Assembly: GCA_049700215.1 (NCBI GenBank)
Contig: JBNAVT010000001.1
Coordinates: forward strand, 61,016-125,015
Reading direction: 5' to 3'
DNA: 64,000 bases
From: Thermoproteota archaeon
GTDB lineage: Archaea > Thermoproteota > EX4484-205 > JAAOZP01
Positions within the stretch are counted from its first letter, which is position 1; each line of letters starts with the position of its first letter. Shown here piece after piece: positions 48,638 through 58,976 of this stretch. The translations under genes and the position numbers were made by a program. The notes under the pieces were generated by a model. That model was given only the letters and a program-made list of their open reading frames with translations. It did not search any database and was not told where the DNA came from.

Positions 48638-49314
48638 GGCCGAGGATATGCGTTTCAGTCAAGGCGGACAATGTCTCAAGGGTTTCAAGGGCGCTCGATG
48701 CTTCAAGCAGGCTTGGTGCCAGCCTTGTTGAGCTCAGGCTAGACTATTCGAGTGAGAAGCAGTATGAGGCTGTTTTGAAGGTCGTCGAGTCCTCACGCGT
48801 CCGCTGCGTTGCGACGATAAGGCCTAGCTGGGACGGCGGTGCTTACCGTGGCAGTGAGGAGGAGAGGCTGAGAATGTTCGAGAAGGCTCTGGAAGCCCCC
48901 TTCCGGTATGTGGATGTTGAGCAGAAATCCAGGATTATCGACGGGGTTTCTAGACTGGCTTCCGAAAAAGGCATCGGGCTGATTCTTTCACGCCACGAGT
49001 GGGCCGGCACCCCCAGCGTTAAAACCCTGTTCAGAATGCTTTCAGCGATGAAGAAGAGGAGGGCTGAAATATATAAGATTGTCACGACGGTCAGGAGCCC
49101 TTTTGACGAGTCTAGCCTACTGTTCTTCCTCAGCAGCATCCGGGGTAGCAGGGTCGTGTGCTTCGGCATGGGGGAGCAGGGTTTAGCCACAAGGATTCTC
49201 ACACCCCTACTTGGAGGCTTCATGACCTACGCCTCGTACGGTGAGGCTCTTGCACCGGGCCAGATAGGCCTGAGGAGAATGGTTTCGATATACAGGAGAA
49301 TGGGCGTATGGTAG
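48634..49314 (+). CDS. aroD: Type I 3-dehydroquinate dehydratase
   Basis: VELRLD, TIR...GG, SRH, GMGE.G..TR, APGQ. Confidence 0.92.
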   Translation: MRPRICVSVKADNVSRVSRALDASSRLGASLVELRLDYSSEKQYEAVLKVVESSRVRCVATIRPSWDGGAYRGSEEERLRMFEKALEAPFRYVDVEQKSRIIDGVSRLASEKGIGLILSRHEWAGTPSVKTLFRMLSAMKKRRAEIYKIVTTVRSPFDESSLLFFLSSIRGSRVVCFGMGEQGLATRILTPLLGGFMTYASYGEALAPGQIGLRRMVSIYRRMGVW

Positions 49315-50153
49315 GGTGGCTTCCAACATCGGAGTCGAGGCTGCTCTTCGTAATAGGAGACCCTGTTTCACACTCAGTAAGCCCAGCGATCCACAACAGG
49401 GCTATGAGGAGGCTGGGTATCGACGCCGTCTACCTTGCGCTGAGAGTAACTGGGGAAATGCTCGGATGCTTCGTCTCCATGTGCAGGCTGAACAGGGTGC
49501 TGGGCTTCAACGTCACAATACCGCATAAGATTGCTGTAGCAAGCCTTGTAGACACGCTGGATGAGTCGGCTGAGCTAACGGGCTGCGTCAACACGGTCAG
49601 GGTTGGAGACAGGCTTGAGGGTTTCAACACGGACGTAGCCGGGGTTGAGAAATCCCTCGTGAACGCCGGCTTCAAAGGCGGGGGTGTTGCAGCCGTCGTA
49701 GGCGCCGGCGGGGGTGCTAGGGCAGCTGTCCTAGCGTTGCTTTCGATGGGGTGCAGGGTCGTGGTTTTGAACAGGAGCCCGGGCAGGATGCTTGAGCTCG
49801 AGAAGCATTTCTCGAAGAAGGGCATGAGGATTGAGACCCGGAGCCTACAGGATGCTCAGCAGGCTGTTCAGCAGGCTGACCTAGTTGTCAACGCGACGCC
49901 TGTGGGGATGGGGGATGGTTTTGAAACGCCTTTTCCAACAAGCTTCCTCAGGAGGGGGCAGACTCTTCTAGACATGGTTTACACCCCCCACCCGACGAGG
50001 CTTGTCAAGGAGGCTTCTGAAAAAGGGTTGACCACTGTGCCGGGTGTTGAAATGCTCATCCACCAGGCTGCTGCAAGCTTCGAAATATGGTTTGGCGTGA
50101 AGCCTCCGCTGGAGGAGATGAGGGACGAAGCATTAAGGAGGCTTAAGGGTTGA
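49308..50153 (+). CDS. aroE: Shikimate dehydrogenase
   Basis: HSVSP.IHN, NVTIPHK, VNT, NTD, GAGGGA, NATPVGM, ML.HQA. Confidence 0.95.
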   Translation: MVGWLPTSESRLLFVIGDPVSHSVSPAIHNRAMRRLGIDAVYLALRVTGEMLGCFVSMCRLNRVLGFNVTIPHKIAVASLVDTLDESAELTGCVNTVRVGDRLEGFNTDVAGVEKSLVNAGFKGGGVAAVVGAGGGARAAVLALLSMGCRVVVLNRSPGRMLELEKHFSKKGMRIETRSLQDAQQAVQQADLVVNATPVGMGDGFETPFPTSFLRRGQTLLDMVYTPHPTRLVKEASEKGLTTVPGVEMLIHQAAASFEIWFGVKPPLEEMRDEALRRLKG

Positions 50154-50998
50154 GCAGGGCCAGGGTTCACGGAGCCGTAAGCATTGTCAACGCGATGGCG
50201 AACGGCCTGGGTGCAGCCCTGGGGGTTGGGCTGAGGGTTGAGGCGAGCTGCAGGCTGGTTGAGGAGCCCGTGTTCAGAGTATGCTCGGGAGACAGGTTTC
50301 TCAAGCCTGGAAGCCTGCCTGAAAAGGTTTGCAGACTAATACTTGGAGACCACGGCCTTCAGAAAGGCTGTGAAGTAAGCATCTACTCTGAAATACCCGT
50401 TAGGAAAGGCTTGAAGTCGAGCAGTGCCGTATCCTCAGCCGTCGCCCTCGCCTGCCTTAAAGAGGTTTCAGGCGAAGCCGGGCTAATGGAGGCAGCCAAG
50501 TACTCTGTTGAAGCAAGCATCCAGACAGGCGTGTCGGTGACAGGAGCCTTCGACGATGCTGCAGCATGCCTCCTCGGGGGGCTGGTGGTTACGGATAATT
50601 TTGAGAGGAGGCTCATCGCCAGGAGGCTGGTGGAGGATGATCTCAGGATCGTAATACTCGTCCCCCAGGGCGGAATGCTCAGCGGGAAGGTTGACACAAG
50701 CCTCTTCAAGCCTGTTGAACCCTTGATGAGGCTCGCCCACAGTCTGGCTTTAAACGGTGAGGAATGGCTGGCGATGACTCTAAATGGCCTTGCTGTTTCA
50801 ACAGCCCTAGGCTTAGATGTGAAGCCAGCCTTAGAGGCTTTGAAGAACGGCGCTGTCGCCGCCGGGGTTTCCGGCAAGGGGCCTGCCGTAGCCTCCGTAG
50901 TGAGGCCTCAGGATGCTGAAAGAGTCGGCAGAGCCCTTTCAAGGTTCGGCAGGGTTATTGAAACAGGTGTGTGCAACGAGAATGCGAGCGTCGAGTAG
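50150..50998 (+). CDS. aroK: Archaeal (GHMP) shikimate kinase
   Basis: GAVSIVNA, GLKSSSA, VTGAFDDA, SGKGP. Confidence 0.94.
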   Translation: MSRARVHGAVSIVNAMANGLGAALGVGLRVEASCRLVEEPVFRVCSGDRFLKPGSLPEKVCRLILGDHGLQKGCEVSIYSEIPVRKGLKSSSAVSSAVALACLKEVSGEAGLMEAAKYSVEASIQTGVSVTGAFDDAAACLLGGLVVTDNFERRLIARRLVEDDLRIVILVPQGGMLSGKVDTSLFKPVEPLMRLAHSLALNGEEWLAMTLNGLAVSTALGLDVKPALEALKNGAVAAGVSGKGPAVASVVRPQDAERVGRALSRFGRVIETGVCNENASVE

Positions 50999-50999
50999 A

Positions 51000-52265
51000 G
51001 TGTTGAAGATTAAGGGTGGCTGGGCTGGAAGAATCAGCTACACGGCTCCGCCCTCGAAATCATACTCTCACAGGAGCCTCCTGATTTCCGCTGTTTCGAA
51101 AGGGGTTTCAAGGATAACCGGGCTATCCGGGTGCGACGACATGGAGGTGACTCTGAGAGCGCTCAGCCTAACTGGTGTACGCGTTTCAAAACGGGGTGGA
51201 GAAACGCTTGTCGAAGGCGGCGGGCTCCGGAGCCCCAGCGGGGAGGTTGACTGCGGCGGCTCAGCCTCAACGCTCAGGATGCTTGCCCCCATCGTGGCCG
51301 CTAAGCCCTCTCACGCGGTCTACACGGGTGACGAGAGCCTTAGAAGGAGACCCGTTGACATGCTTGAGGAGGCGTTCGACACGCTTGGCGTTGAAGCAAG
51401 CTCGGTCAACGGGAAGCCTCCTTTAACCGTCAGGAGCAGCGGCTTCAAGGCTAATACTGTTCTCCTAGACGCTTCAGAGTCCAGCCAGCATGTTTCAGGC
51501 TTCCTCATCGCTGGAGCCAGTCTTGGAAGCGGCTTCACCGTTCTATTGAAAAACAGGGTTATAGTCTCAAAGCCCTACGTGGACCTGACTCTCAGAATGC
51601 TCCGTATGCATGGCGTGGAAACCCGAGTGGGGAAAGGGTTTATAAGGGTTGAGCCCGGGGAGCCTAAGCCTTTCAACCATACTGTTCCAGGCGACTATTC
51701 TCTTTCAGCAATACCCTTAGCAATGGCCGCGGTTTCAGGCAGCGTGATTAAGGTTCATGGGCTTGTGGACGAGCCTCAGCCGGATAGGGAGGTTGTCGAA
51801 ACACTGAGGCGGATGGGGCTTAAAATAGAGTGGTCCGGCAATACACTTATAGCTGAGAACACTGGCCTCCTGAAAGCATGCGTAGTGGACTGCTCGGGAA
51901 ACCCGGACCTGGTTCCGGCTCTGGCGCTTGCCGCGACAGCCGCGGAGGGTGAGACTATTCTGAAGAACGTTGGCAGGCTTGAAGCGAAGGAGTCGGCGAG
52001 GGCGACGCTCATCACCCGTGCCCTTTCAAAGATGGGTGTGAAAACTTTTTTCAAAAACGGGGAGATCATTGTCGAAGGGCCGTGCAGGCTCAGGGGTGCA
52101 ACCGTTGACGCTGGCGGAGACCACAGGATAGAGATGATGCTTATAGTGGCGGGGGCTGTGGCTGAGGGTGAGACGACAATCCTCAACGCGGGCTCTGTCT
52201 CAAAGTCTAACCCAGGGTTCTACGACTGGGTCTTGGAGACGGGGGTTGAGCTCAAATGGGTTTAA
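51000..52265 (+). CDS. aroA: EPSP synthase
   Basis: PPSKSYSHR, GDESLRRRP, SSQHVSG, VSKPYV, PGDYS, KES.R, DHRI, KSNPGF; start could be ATG 50982. Confidence 0.93.
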   Translation: MLKIKGGWAGRISYTAPPSKSYSHRSLLISAVSKGVSRITGLSGCDDMEVTLRALSLTGVRVSKRGGETLVEGGGLRSPSGEVDCGGSASTLRMLAPIVAAKPSHAVYTGDESLRRRPVDMLEEAFDTLGVEASSVNGKPPLTVRSSGFKANTVLLDASESSQHVSGFLIAGASLGSGFTVLLKNRVIVSKPYVDLTLRMLRMHGVETRVGKGFIRVEPGEPKPFNHTVPGDYSLSAIPLAMAAVSGSVIKVHGLVDEPQPDREVVETLRRMGLKIEWSGNTLIAENTGLLKACVVDCSGNPDLVPALALAATAAEGETILKNVGRLEAKESARATLITRALSKMGVKTFFKNGEIIVEGPCRLRGATVDAGGDHRIEMMLIVAGAVAEGETTILNAGSVSKSNPGFYDWVLETGVELKWV

Positions 52266-53350
52266 ACACTCTAGGCAGGCTGGTTGTGTTCAGCTTCTTC
52301 GGCGAGAGCCATGGCAAGCTTGTTGGAACACTAATACAGGGCTTCCCAGCTGGCCTAAGGGTTGACGAGGACAGGGTTAGGATCAGCCTCTCCCGCAGGA
52401 GGACCGGCTACGGCTCAACGGCGAGGGTTGAAGAGGATCGCTTCGAAATCCTCAGCGGGGTTTTCAAAGGCTTCACAACAGGAGCCCCCCTGCTCATAGC
52501 GGTTTGGAACAAGGAGGCTGACCAGGGCTTCTACGAGAGGATCAGGAGCACGCCTAGGCCTAGCCACGTTGACTACCCCTACAGGGTTAGGTACGGCGGC
52601 TTCAACGACTACAGGGGGGGCGGCTTCTCCTCGGGAAGGCTCACAGCAGGCTGGGTTGCAGCGGGCTCGCTCGCAGCCCAGGTTCTCGAGAAAAAGGGGG
52701 TGAGAATATACGCGCACGTCACCAGGATAGGCAGGGCCTTCTACAAGGGTGAGCCGAGCGAGGAGGACTTGAAAAAGGTTTACGAGTCCCCAGTCAGGTG
52801 CGTCGACCCGGATGCTTCAAGAATGATGATGAGGGAGATTGACGATGCTTCCCGTGAAAGGGACAGTGTCGGCGGGGTTGTGGAGTGCAGGGTCTACGGC
52901 GTTCCCCCGGGAATCGGGGACCCGCTTGCCGAGGGGCTTGACGTTGAGCTAGCCAGAGCAGTAATGTCTATTCCGAGCGTTAAAGGGGTTGAGTTCGGCA
53001 GGGGTTTCGAAGCCTCCTGCATGAGGGGGAGCGTTTTCAACGATGAGCTCGCCGTCAGGAATGGGAGGGTTGAGGTCACTGGGTTTAGCGACGGGGGTGT
53101 TGTCGGCGGTGTTTCAACGGGGAGCGTGATAGTTTTCAGAGCAGCCGTTAAACCCACTCCCTCCATAGGGAGGGTTCAGCGCACAGTAAACCTTGAGGAA
53201 ATGAGGAGCGTCGACCTTGACCTCTCCGGGGGAAGGTTCGACGTCTGCATCGCCCCCAGGGCTGTCCCCGTGGTTGAGGCTGTTGCAGCAATGGTTCTCA
53301 TCGACCATTATGCTAGAGCAGGCCTCGTCGGGAGGATTGTTAAGGATTGA
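52256..53350 (+). CDS. aroC: Chorismate synthase
   Basis: GESHG, PRPSH.D, GGG.SSGR, RDSVGG, KPTPSI, PRAVPVVEA. Confidence 0.96.
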   Translation: MGLNTLGRLVVFSFFGESHGKLVGTLIQGFPAGLRVDEDRVRISLSRRRTGYGSTARVEEDRFEILSGVFKGFTTGAPLLIAVWNKEADQGFYERIRSTPRPSHVDYPYRVRYGGFNDYRGGGFSSGRLTAGWVAAGSLAAQVLEKKGVRIYAHVTRIGRAFYKGEPSEEDLKKVYESPVRCVDPDASRMMMREIDDASRERDSVGGVVECRVYGVPPGIGDPLAEGLDVELARAVMSIPSVKGVEFGRGFEASCMRGSVFNDELAVRNGRVEVTGFSDGGVVGGVSTGSVIVFRAAVKPTPSIGRVQRTVNLEEMRSVDLDLSGGRFDVCIAPRAVPVVEAVAAMVLIDHYARAGLVGRIVKD

Positions 53351-54423
53351 GCCTTGAAGAACTGAGAAGGATGATTGACAGGGTTGACGAGAAGCTTGTT
53401 GATGCTATGGCTGAGAGGATCAGGATTGCGAGAATGATAGGCGGGGAGAAGAGGAGAAAGGGTGTCCCGGTTGTCGACGAGAGGAGGGAGAGGGAGGTTT
53501 ACAAGCATGTCGTTGAAAAGGCTTCTGCGAGAGGCTTGGACACTCGTCTGGTTGAAAAGGTTTTCAGCCTCCTCATAGACTACAGCAGGAGGACCCAGGG
53601 GTGTTTCAAAGTCGGCTATCTTGGGCCGAGAGGCTCCTTCACGATGGAGGCTGCTGAGAAATACTTCTCCGGAAAGCCGTATGCTCTCCAGCCCTACCCG
53701 ACGATTAGAAGCGTTTTCAGAAGCGTTGAGGAGGCTGAGGTGGACTACGGGGTTACACCGGTTGAAAACAGTCTTGAAGGCCCTGTTTCCGAGACCCTGG
53801 ACTGCCTAGCCTCCTCTAGACTCAGCATCGTGGGCGAGGAGGTGTTGAAAATAATGTTCCACCTTTCTTCCAGGGAGAGGAGGCTTGAAGACATCAGGAT
53901 TGTCTTCTCAAACCCTCACGCCCTCGCGCAGGTAAGGCTTTTCCTAGACAGGGTTCTGCCCGAAGCGCGGATAAGAGAGGTTTCAAGCACTTCTGCAGCC
54001 GCCTCCATGGCTGTTAAAACCAGGGGGGGTGCGGCAGTATGCTCCGAGGCTGCTGCCAGAGAATACGGCTTGAGAATCCTGGCGAGGAATATTCAGGATG
54101 AGCGGGAGAACTACACTCGATTCCTCATCCTTTCGAGAGAAGCCTCCAAGAGGTTTAAGGGGGCTGCGAGAACAATGCTGATAATGATTCTTGAGCACAA
54201 GCCCGGATCCCTCTACAGGGCTCTCGGAGTGTTCGCGAAGCACGGTCTAAACCTTACCAGGATAGAGTCTAGACCGGTCAGGGGCAAGCCCTGGGAATAC
54301 ATGTTTCTAGTCGAGTTTGAAGGCGCCTCCTGGAACCAGGGGGTGCGCGTGGCGCTGGAGAAGCTTAAGCGCAGGGCTGTGGAGATTAGAATACTCGGCT
54401 CCTACAGGCCTGCTGAACACTAA
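53347..54423 (+). CDS. pheA: Chorismate mutase/prephenate dehydratase
   Basis: LRRMIDRVD, YLGP.GSF, PVENS.EG, NYTRF, HKPGSL, LTRIESRP. Confidence 0.95.
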   Translation: MSLEELRRMIDRVDEKLVDAMAERIRIARMIGGEKRRKGVPVVDERREREVYKHVVEKASARGLDTRLVEKVFSLLIDYSRRTQGCFKVGYLGPRGSFTMEAAEKYFSGKPYALQPYPTIRSVFRSVEEAEVDYGVTPVENSLEGPVSETLDCLASSRLSIVGEEVLKIMFHLSSRERRLEDIRIVFSNPHALAQVRLFLDRVLPEARIREVSSTSAAASMAVKTRGGAAVCSEAAAREYGLRILARNIQDERENYTRFLILSREASKRFKGAARTMLIMILEHKPGSLYRALGVFAKHGLNLTRIESRPVRGKPWEYMFLVEFEGASWNQGVRVALEKLKRRAVEIRILGSYRPAEH

Positions 54424-54525
54424 GCACGCGCGGCTCAGGCTTCCACAGCTTGCCCCCCGCTTCAAGGCCTTTTGACGCTCAGCATACATGATGTTTTTAT
54501 ATTCCTCCAGCTCCGTTTAAAGCCT

Positions 54526-55290
54526 GTGGAGGAGGACGGCCTGGAGAAGGTTATACTGGCCCTCTCATACGGTAAGAGGAGAGCCCTGCTTATGAAGCTA
54601 GGGGAATCCGGGTCGATGAGCGTTAAGGATCTTAAGAGGGAGCTGGGCCTGAGCACGGGCAGCCTCTACCATAATCTCCTCGCGCTCGGCGAGCTCGTCG
54701 AGCAGACAAGCGACAAGAAGTATGCTTTAAGCGAGCAGGGCAGGAGGGTCTACCTCGCTTTGAAATCAGGCCTACTGCCTCCCCCGGCTTCAGGGGAGCT
54801 GCCCAGGGTTTTCGAAACCCTCGTCCCAGTATGGTTCTTCACCGGAATGCCGAGCAGGATTGTGACGCCCATGGCTGCGCTAATAGTGTTAAGCCTATCA
54901 GCCTCAAGCCTCTACGCTAAGATGGGTCTAGCCCTCCTTATCCCGGTTGCCAACGTAAGCTTCTCCTCGACGCTTGGAAGCGTCGCCCTAAGCCTCCTTC
55001 TCGCCTACCTTGTCCCCAGAACGGTTTTCCAGAAGAGGAGTGTTGAAACAGGCTTCTTAACAGCCATACCGTTCTGCTTCCTACCCCAGCTCCTCTACAG
55101 CATGGTTCTAGTGGTTTCAAACCCGCCGAGCCTCGCCGCCGGGCTTATTCAAATAGTCTCAGGAGGCTTAAGCGCGCTCCTGCTTTCAGCAGCAATAGTA
55201 TGCTGGTTTAAAGCGAGCCCCCAGGCTGCGATGCTAACCTCTTTCCTAATGCTTTACCTGGGGGCAGCCATCCAGCAGTTCATGGTTTAG
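54526..55290 (+). CDS. ArsR-type winged-helix regulator fused to a multi-TM domain
   Basis: RRALL..L...LGLSTGSLYHNL..L...Y.LSEQG followed by about 5 hydrophobic helices; GTG 54526 lies downstream of a TATA-like box. Confidence 0.7.
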   Translation: MEEDGLEKVILALSYGKRRALLMKLGESGSMSVKDLKRELGLSTGSLYHNLLALGELVEQTSDKKYALSEQGRRVYLALKSGLLPPPASGELPRVFETLVPVWFFTGMPSRIVTPMAALIVLSLSASSLYAKMGLALLIPVANVSFSSTLGSVALSLLLAYLVPRTVFQKRSVETGFLTAIPFCFLPQLLYSMVLVVSNPPSLAAGLIQIVSGGLSALLLSAAIVCWFKASPQAAMLTSFLMLYLGAAIQQFMV

Positions 55291-55351
55291 CCTTGCGCCT
55301 ATGGATCCTTAAGGGAACAGATTTAAAAGAAACTGTTTCCTGAAAGAACTC

Positions 55352-56653
55352 ATGGAAAACGTGTTAAGGGAAGTGCTCTCCTCTTGGTTAGCTAGAGAAC
55401 TGCCAGATCTAGTTGATAGGGATTACTCCACTGAGCTGTCTGACCGGGTGGTCACCATAATCGGGCCCAGAAGAGCTGGGAAAACATACTTCATGTTTCA
55501 AATGGCGAAGGAGCTGATGGAAAAAGGGTTCTCTAAGCAGAATATTGCCTTCGTTGATTTCGAGGATGTAAGACTGCAGGCTTTAAGGCCCACGGATTAC
55601 TCTGCTTTCGTGAAAACGCTGCATGAGGTTTTCAAGGGGAAGAATGGTAAGATTGTTCTTTTACTGGATGAGGTTCAAAACCTTATGGGTTGGGAAAGAT
55701 GGGTGAGGACGCTTCACAGCTCTCAAAACTATTACATCGTCGTATCCGGCTCTTCCTCCAAACTGTCTTCAAAAGAGGTTTCTACGAAGCTTAGAGGAAG
55801 ATGCGTTTCTAGACTTGTTTTACCACTCTCTTTTAAAGAATTCCTTAGGTTCAAGAACTTTAAAACTCAATACTTAGAGGCTCCGGAGACAAGGGGGGAA
55901 CTCCTGCAGATGCTGAGGGAGTTCATGGAGTTCGGCGGTTTCCCTGAGGTTGTTAGCAGTGACCGAAGTAAGATGGAGCTTTTAAAGACGTACAGGGAAA
56001 CCATCTTCTACCGGGATATAGTTGAAAGGTTCAGAGTGAGGGATGTATCGTCGCTCGACATGTTTGTTAGACTGGTTATGGAAAACTTCGGGAAATATGT
56101 TTCAATATCGAAGCTCAACAACTACTTTAAAAGCCTAGGGTTAAGGAAAAGCAAGAAAACACTGGCCAACTATCTCAGGTACTTGGAGACAGCGTTCTTC
56201 ATCTTCCCTGTTGAAAAATTCGGCTATAAGACTAGAGAAAGAGTTATGCAACCTAAGAAGATCTATCCTATAGACCTAGGGTTCTACCGGCTCCTACCTA
56301 GGTTTGGAACCGAGTATGGAAACCGTATGGAAAGCCTCGTGGCAATAGAGCTGTTTAAAAAGGCTTTCCAGGAAGGCCTCGAGCTCTTCTACTGGAAAGA
56401 CTATCAGGGTAGAGAGGTGGATTTCGTTGTTAAGGAGGGCTTGAATATTAAGCAGCTTATTCAAGTAGCTTACGCTTCTGAAAGAAACGAGGTTGAAGGA
56501 AGAGAGGTAAAGGCGCTCGTAAAGGCGTCGGATGATTTGGGGTGCAACAACCTTCTAATCGTAACGTGGGACTATGAGGGTGTGGAGACAGTAGAGGGTA
56601 AAAAGGTAAAATTCACCCCGCTCTACGAATGGCTGCTTCACCAACCCGAATGA
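55352..56653 (+). CDS. AAA_14/DUF4143 ATP-binding protein
   Basis: GPRRAGKT, LLDEVQ, SGSSS, GGFPE, KKIY.ID.G, EVDFV. Confidence 0.9.
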   Translation: MENVLREVLSSWLARELPDLVDRDYSTELSDRVVTIIGPRRAGKTYFMFQMAKELMEKGFSKQNIAFVDFEDVRLQALRPTDYSAFVKTLHEVFKGKNGKIVLLLDEVQNLMGWERWVRTLHSSQNYYIVVSGSSSKLSSKEVSTKLRGRCVSRLVLPLSFKEFLRFKNFKTQYLEAPETRGELLQMLREFMEFGGFPEVVSSDRSKMELLKTYRETIFYRDIVERFRVRDVSSLDMFVRLVMENFGKYVSISKLNNYFKSLGLRKSKKTLANYLRYLETAFFIFPVEKFGYKTRERVMQPKKIYPIDLGFYRLLPRFGTEYGNRMESLVAIELFKKAFQEGLELFYWKDYQGREVDFVVKEGLNIKQLIQVAYASERNEVEGREVKALVKASDDLGCNNLLIVTWDYEGVETVEGKKVKFTPLYEWLLHQPE

Positions 56654-56684
56654 TTACGTAGCAAGCCCAGATGCTTGCGTGCAT

Positions 56685-57503
56685 TTACTCTTTAAGCTTC
56701 TTAACATACTCGTGGAGGGGCTCCAGTATAACTATCCCCTCCAGGGGCTTAATCTCGTAAACGTAAGGAGTCAGGTCAACCCTGGTCCACCTGAGCTTCC
56801 TAACCATAAGCGTCCTAAGATTCCTGTTCTCAATCGGGGTTATTGAGAGCTTTATTATCCCTGAGGAGAGGAACTCCTCCACTCCAAACCTGCTTAGGAG
56901 GCCGCTGCCAGTAGGAACCTCGCTGGTTATGATAGTCGTGCAGCCTAGAAACTTCTCCACGGCGGTGACGAAGCCCCTTATAAAGTCCCTCGTCCATGAA
57001 ACGTCGACAACCTCTCCGACGAGCGGTGCAACAGGGTCTATGACGAGCCTCTTAGCCCCTATCTCTGCAACATGCCTCTTAAGCTCCTTAACAATCTCCC
57101 TGACGACCTCAGCCATGAACTTCTCCCTCGTAACCTCGGCGAAGAAAGGCCTGGCGTCGAGTATTCTAAGCATGTTCCTCCTCATCGGCGTCTCAAGATC
57201 CCAGCCGAGTGTTAAAGCTCCCTCAACAGTGCCCTCAACAGTCTCGTCGAAGGGAACGTAGACGCATGGCTCGCCTATCTCAATACCCTTCAGAATAAAC
57301 CTTAGGCTGAAAATAGTCTTACCCGTACCAGTTTCCCCCGCGACAAGGTATGTCTTACCCCTCAGCAGGCCCCCGTCAATAATCTTGTCTAAGCCGACTA
57401 TGCCGGTCGGGGTTCTCAAAGAGTATTCTTGAGCATGCTCCTCCTCAGCCTCCTCAACCGGGGGCGGGGGTGGATTCTCCTCATCCCTTCTCCTTATAAG
57501 CAT
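56685..57503 (-). CDS. KaiC/RAD55-like ATPase
   Basis: TGI.GLD.IIDGG, GETGTGKT, RLVIDP, FGVEEF, VRKLR. Confidence 0.9.
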   Translation of the reverse strand: MLIRRRDEENPPPPPVEEAEEEHAQEYSLRTPTGIVGLDKIIDGGLLRGKTYLVAGETGTGKTIFSLRFILKGIEIGEPCVYVPFDETVEGTVEGALTLGWDLETPMRRNMLRILDARPFFAEVTREKFMAEVVREIVKELKRHVAEIGAKRLVIDPVAPLVGEVVDVSWTRDFIRGFVTAVEKFLGCTTIITSEVPTGSGLLSRFGVEEFLSSGIIKLSITPIENRNLRTLMVRKLRWTRVDLTPYVYEIKPLEGIVILEPLHEYVKKLKE

Positions 57504-57917
57504 GCTTCAGCCTATTAGGAGAGCGTTTAAATGTCTTTTTCAACACATTTCATCCGGGTTTGAATGAGATTGGATGAAAAAGCCTACGGGGATCGTCTGG
57601 ATATATGCTTCCACAGGGTCTCCCGAAAGGTGGTGCCGAGAAATGTTATGTTGGAAAGATAGTTAAAAACATGGGGTGAATGAAGCTTACGATAAGGTGA
57701 GAACGGAAAACGCGCTTTTCATCTCCTCGGGAGCCTCGTTCAGTTTCTCCGATTATTATCCATGGCTTTCAACAAGTCCTGAAGCATACTGTTTACCAGC
57801 GTGCGCGGCCATAAATTAAACGGGTTTACTTTTGCAGGGCTATATAATGACGCATAGAAACGTGCTGATAAGGACTTGTGGAGAAAAGGTTAAATAGTAA
57901 TATGGTCTTTTTTCAAC

Positions 57918-58193
57918 ATGCCTGGTCTCAGGATTCAAATAAGAAGGGATTTGGAGGCTAGGTTCAGAGAAGCTGCGATGCGCAGGTTCGGCTATTCAAA
58001 GGGAGCTCTCAGCCGTGCTGCTGAGGAGGCGGTTGAAAAATGGCTCTCCAGCGTTGAGGGGGTTGTTTTCGAAGGGGATCCTGTTGAGGCTATAAAAGGG
58101 CTCATTTCAGACATTAAGATTAGCTCCGTCGAACTGCAGCACTCAGCTATGAAGTCGTGGTTCGAGGCTGCTTCTGAAAATGTACCTCGTTGA
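57918..58193 (+). CDS. RHH antitoxin
   Basis: FREAAMRRFG..KGALS.A.EEA...W, SSVELQH; overlaps PIN gene. Confidence 0.8.
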   Translation: MPGLRIQIRRDLEARFREAAMRRFGYSKGALSRAAEEAVEKWLSSVEGVVFEGDPVEAIKGLISDIKISSVELQHSAMKSWFEAASENVPR

Positions 58194-58584
58194 CACGAAT
58201 ATTTTTCTAGAAGTCATGCTTTCCCAGGCCAGAAGCAAAGAGTGTGAAGTCTTTCTGAAGAGTGTTAAGGAGGGTGTTTCAAAGGCGTTCATCACAGATT
58301 TCTCAATATATTCCATCATGATTATAATGACAGGCCTTTCCAAGCTGGGTGAGCTGAAGGTTTTCCTCTCCAGCCTTTCAGCATATAAGGGGCTCGCGAT
58401 ACACTGCAACGGGCTTAAAGACTTGTTGAGAGCTGTAGAGACGATGAGGGAGAAGCACTTAGACTTGGATGATGCCATACAGTATTCAGTAGCCATGTCG
58501 CTCGGGGTGAAAGCCATAGTTTCCTTCGACAAGCATTTCGACGGCCTGGAGGTTCCGAGAGCGGAACCCGCCCAGCTGGTTTGA
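58180..58584 (+). CDS. vapC: VapC PIN toxin
   Basis: YLVDTNIFLE, LD.DDA.QY, IVSFDKHFD. Confidence 0.9.
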   Translation: MYLVDTNIFLEVMLSQARSKECEVFLKSVKEGVSKAFITDFSIYSIMIIMTGLSKLGELKVFLSSLSAYKGLAIHCNGLKDLLRAVETMREKHLDLDDAIQYSVAMSLGVKAIVSFDKHFDGLEVPRAEPAQLV

Positions 58585-58725
58585 AGAGAAACCGTTTTCA
58601 GGCACCAGTTTGCTTCATCTCTTGAAGAAATCAGCAGCACGCGTTACTCCTTGATTGCTAGCGCGCGATACTGAGCATAAACTTTAAAGCGTAATACGTT
58701 TTGGGTCTACCATAATGCTTAAATA

Positions 58726-58745
58726 GGTATACTTTATGGTATACT
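58726..58745. promoter_or_regulatory. Two GGTATACT boxes upstream of antitoxin (probable operator)
   Basis: GGTATACT at 58726-58733 and 58738-58745, just after TTAAATA. Confidence 0.45.
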
Positions 58746-58748
58746 ATT

Positions 58749-58976
58749 ATGTCGGTCGTCAGCGTTAAGGTTCCCCGCTGGGTCAAGGAAAAAATGAAGC
58801 AGTACGGGAATGTAGTGAACTGGCCTGAGGAAATCAGGAAGAGTATTCTCGCCAGGCTTGAGGAGCTCGAGAGAAGACAGGCGGTTGAAGAAGCCGTCAA
58901 GCTTCTTGAAAAGGTGAAGCCGGCTCCCGTAGGCACGGCAGCCAGCATGGTGAGAAATGATCGTGAAAGTCATTGA
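58749..58976 (+). CDS. VapB antitoxin
   Basis: VVSVKVP..VKEKM...VNWPEEIR...VR.DRE. Confidence 0.85.
   Translation: MSVVSVKVPRWVKEKMKQYGNVVNWPEEIRKSILARLEELERRQAVEEAVKLLEKVKPAPVGTAASMVRNDRESH

Noticed and set aside
57536-57830. Possible gene fragment ending at a GCGC motif
   Set aside because: Only short open frames, and I could not assign a family.
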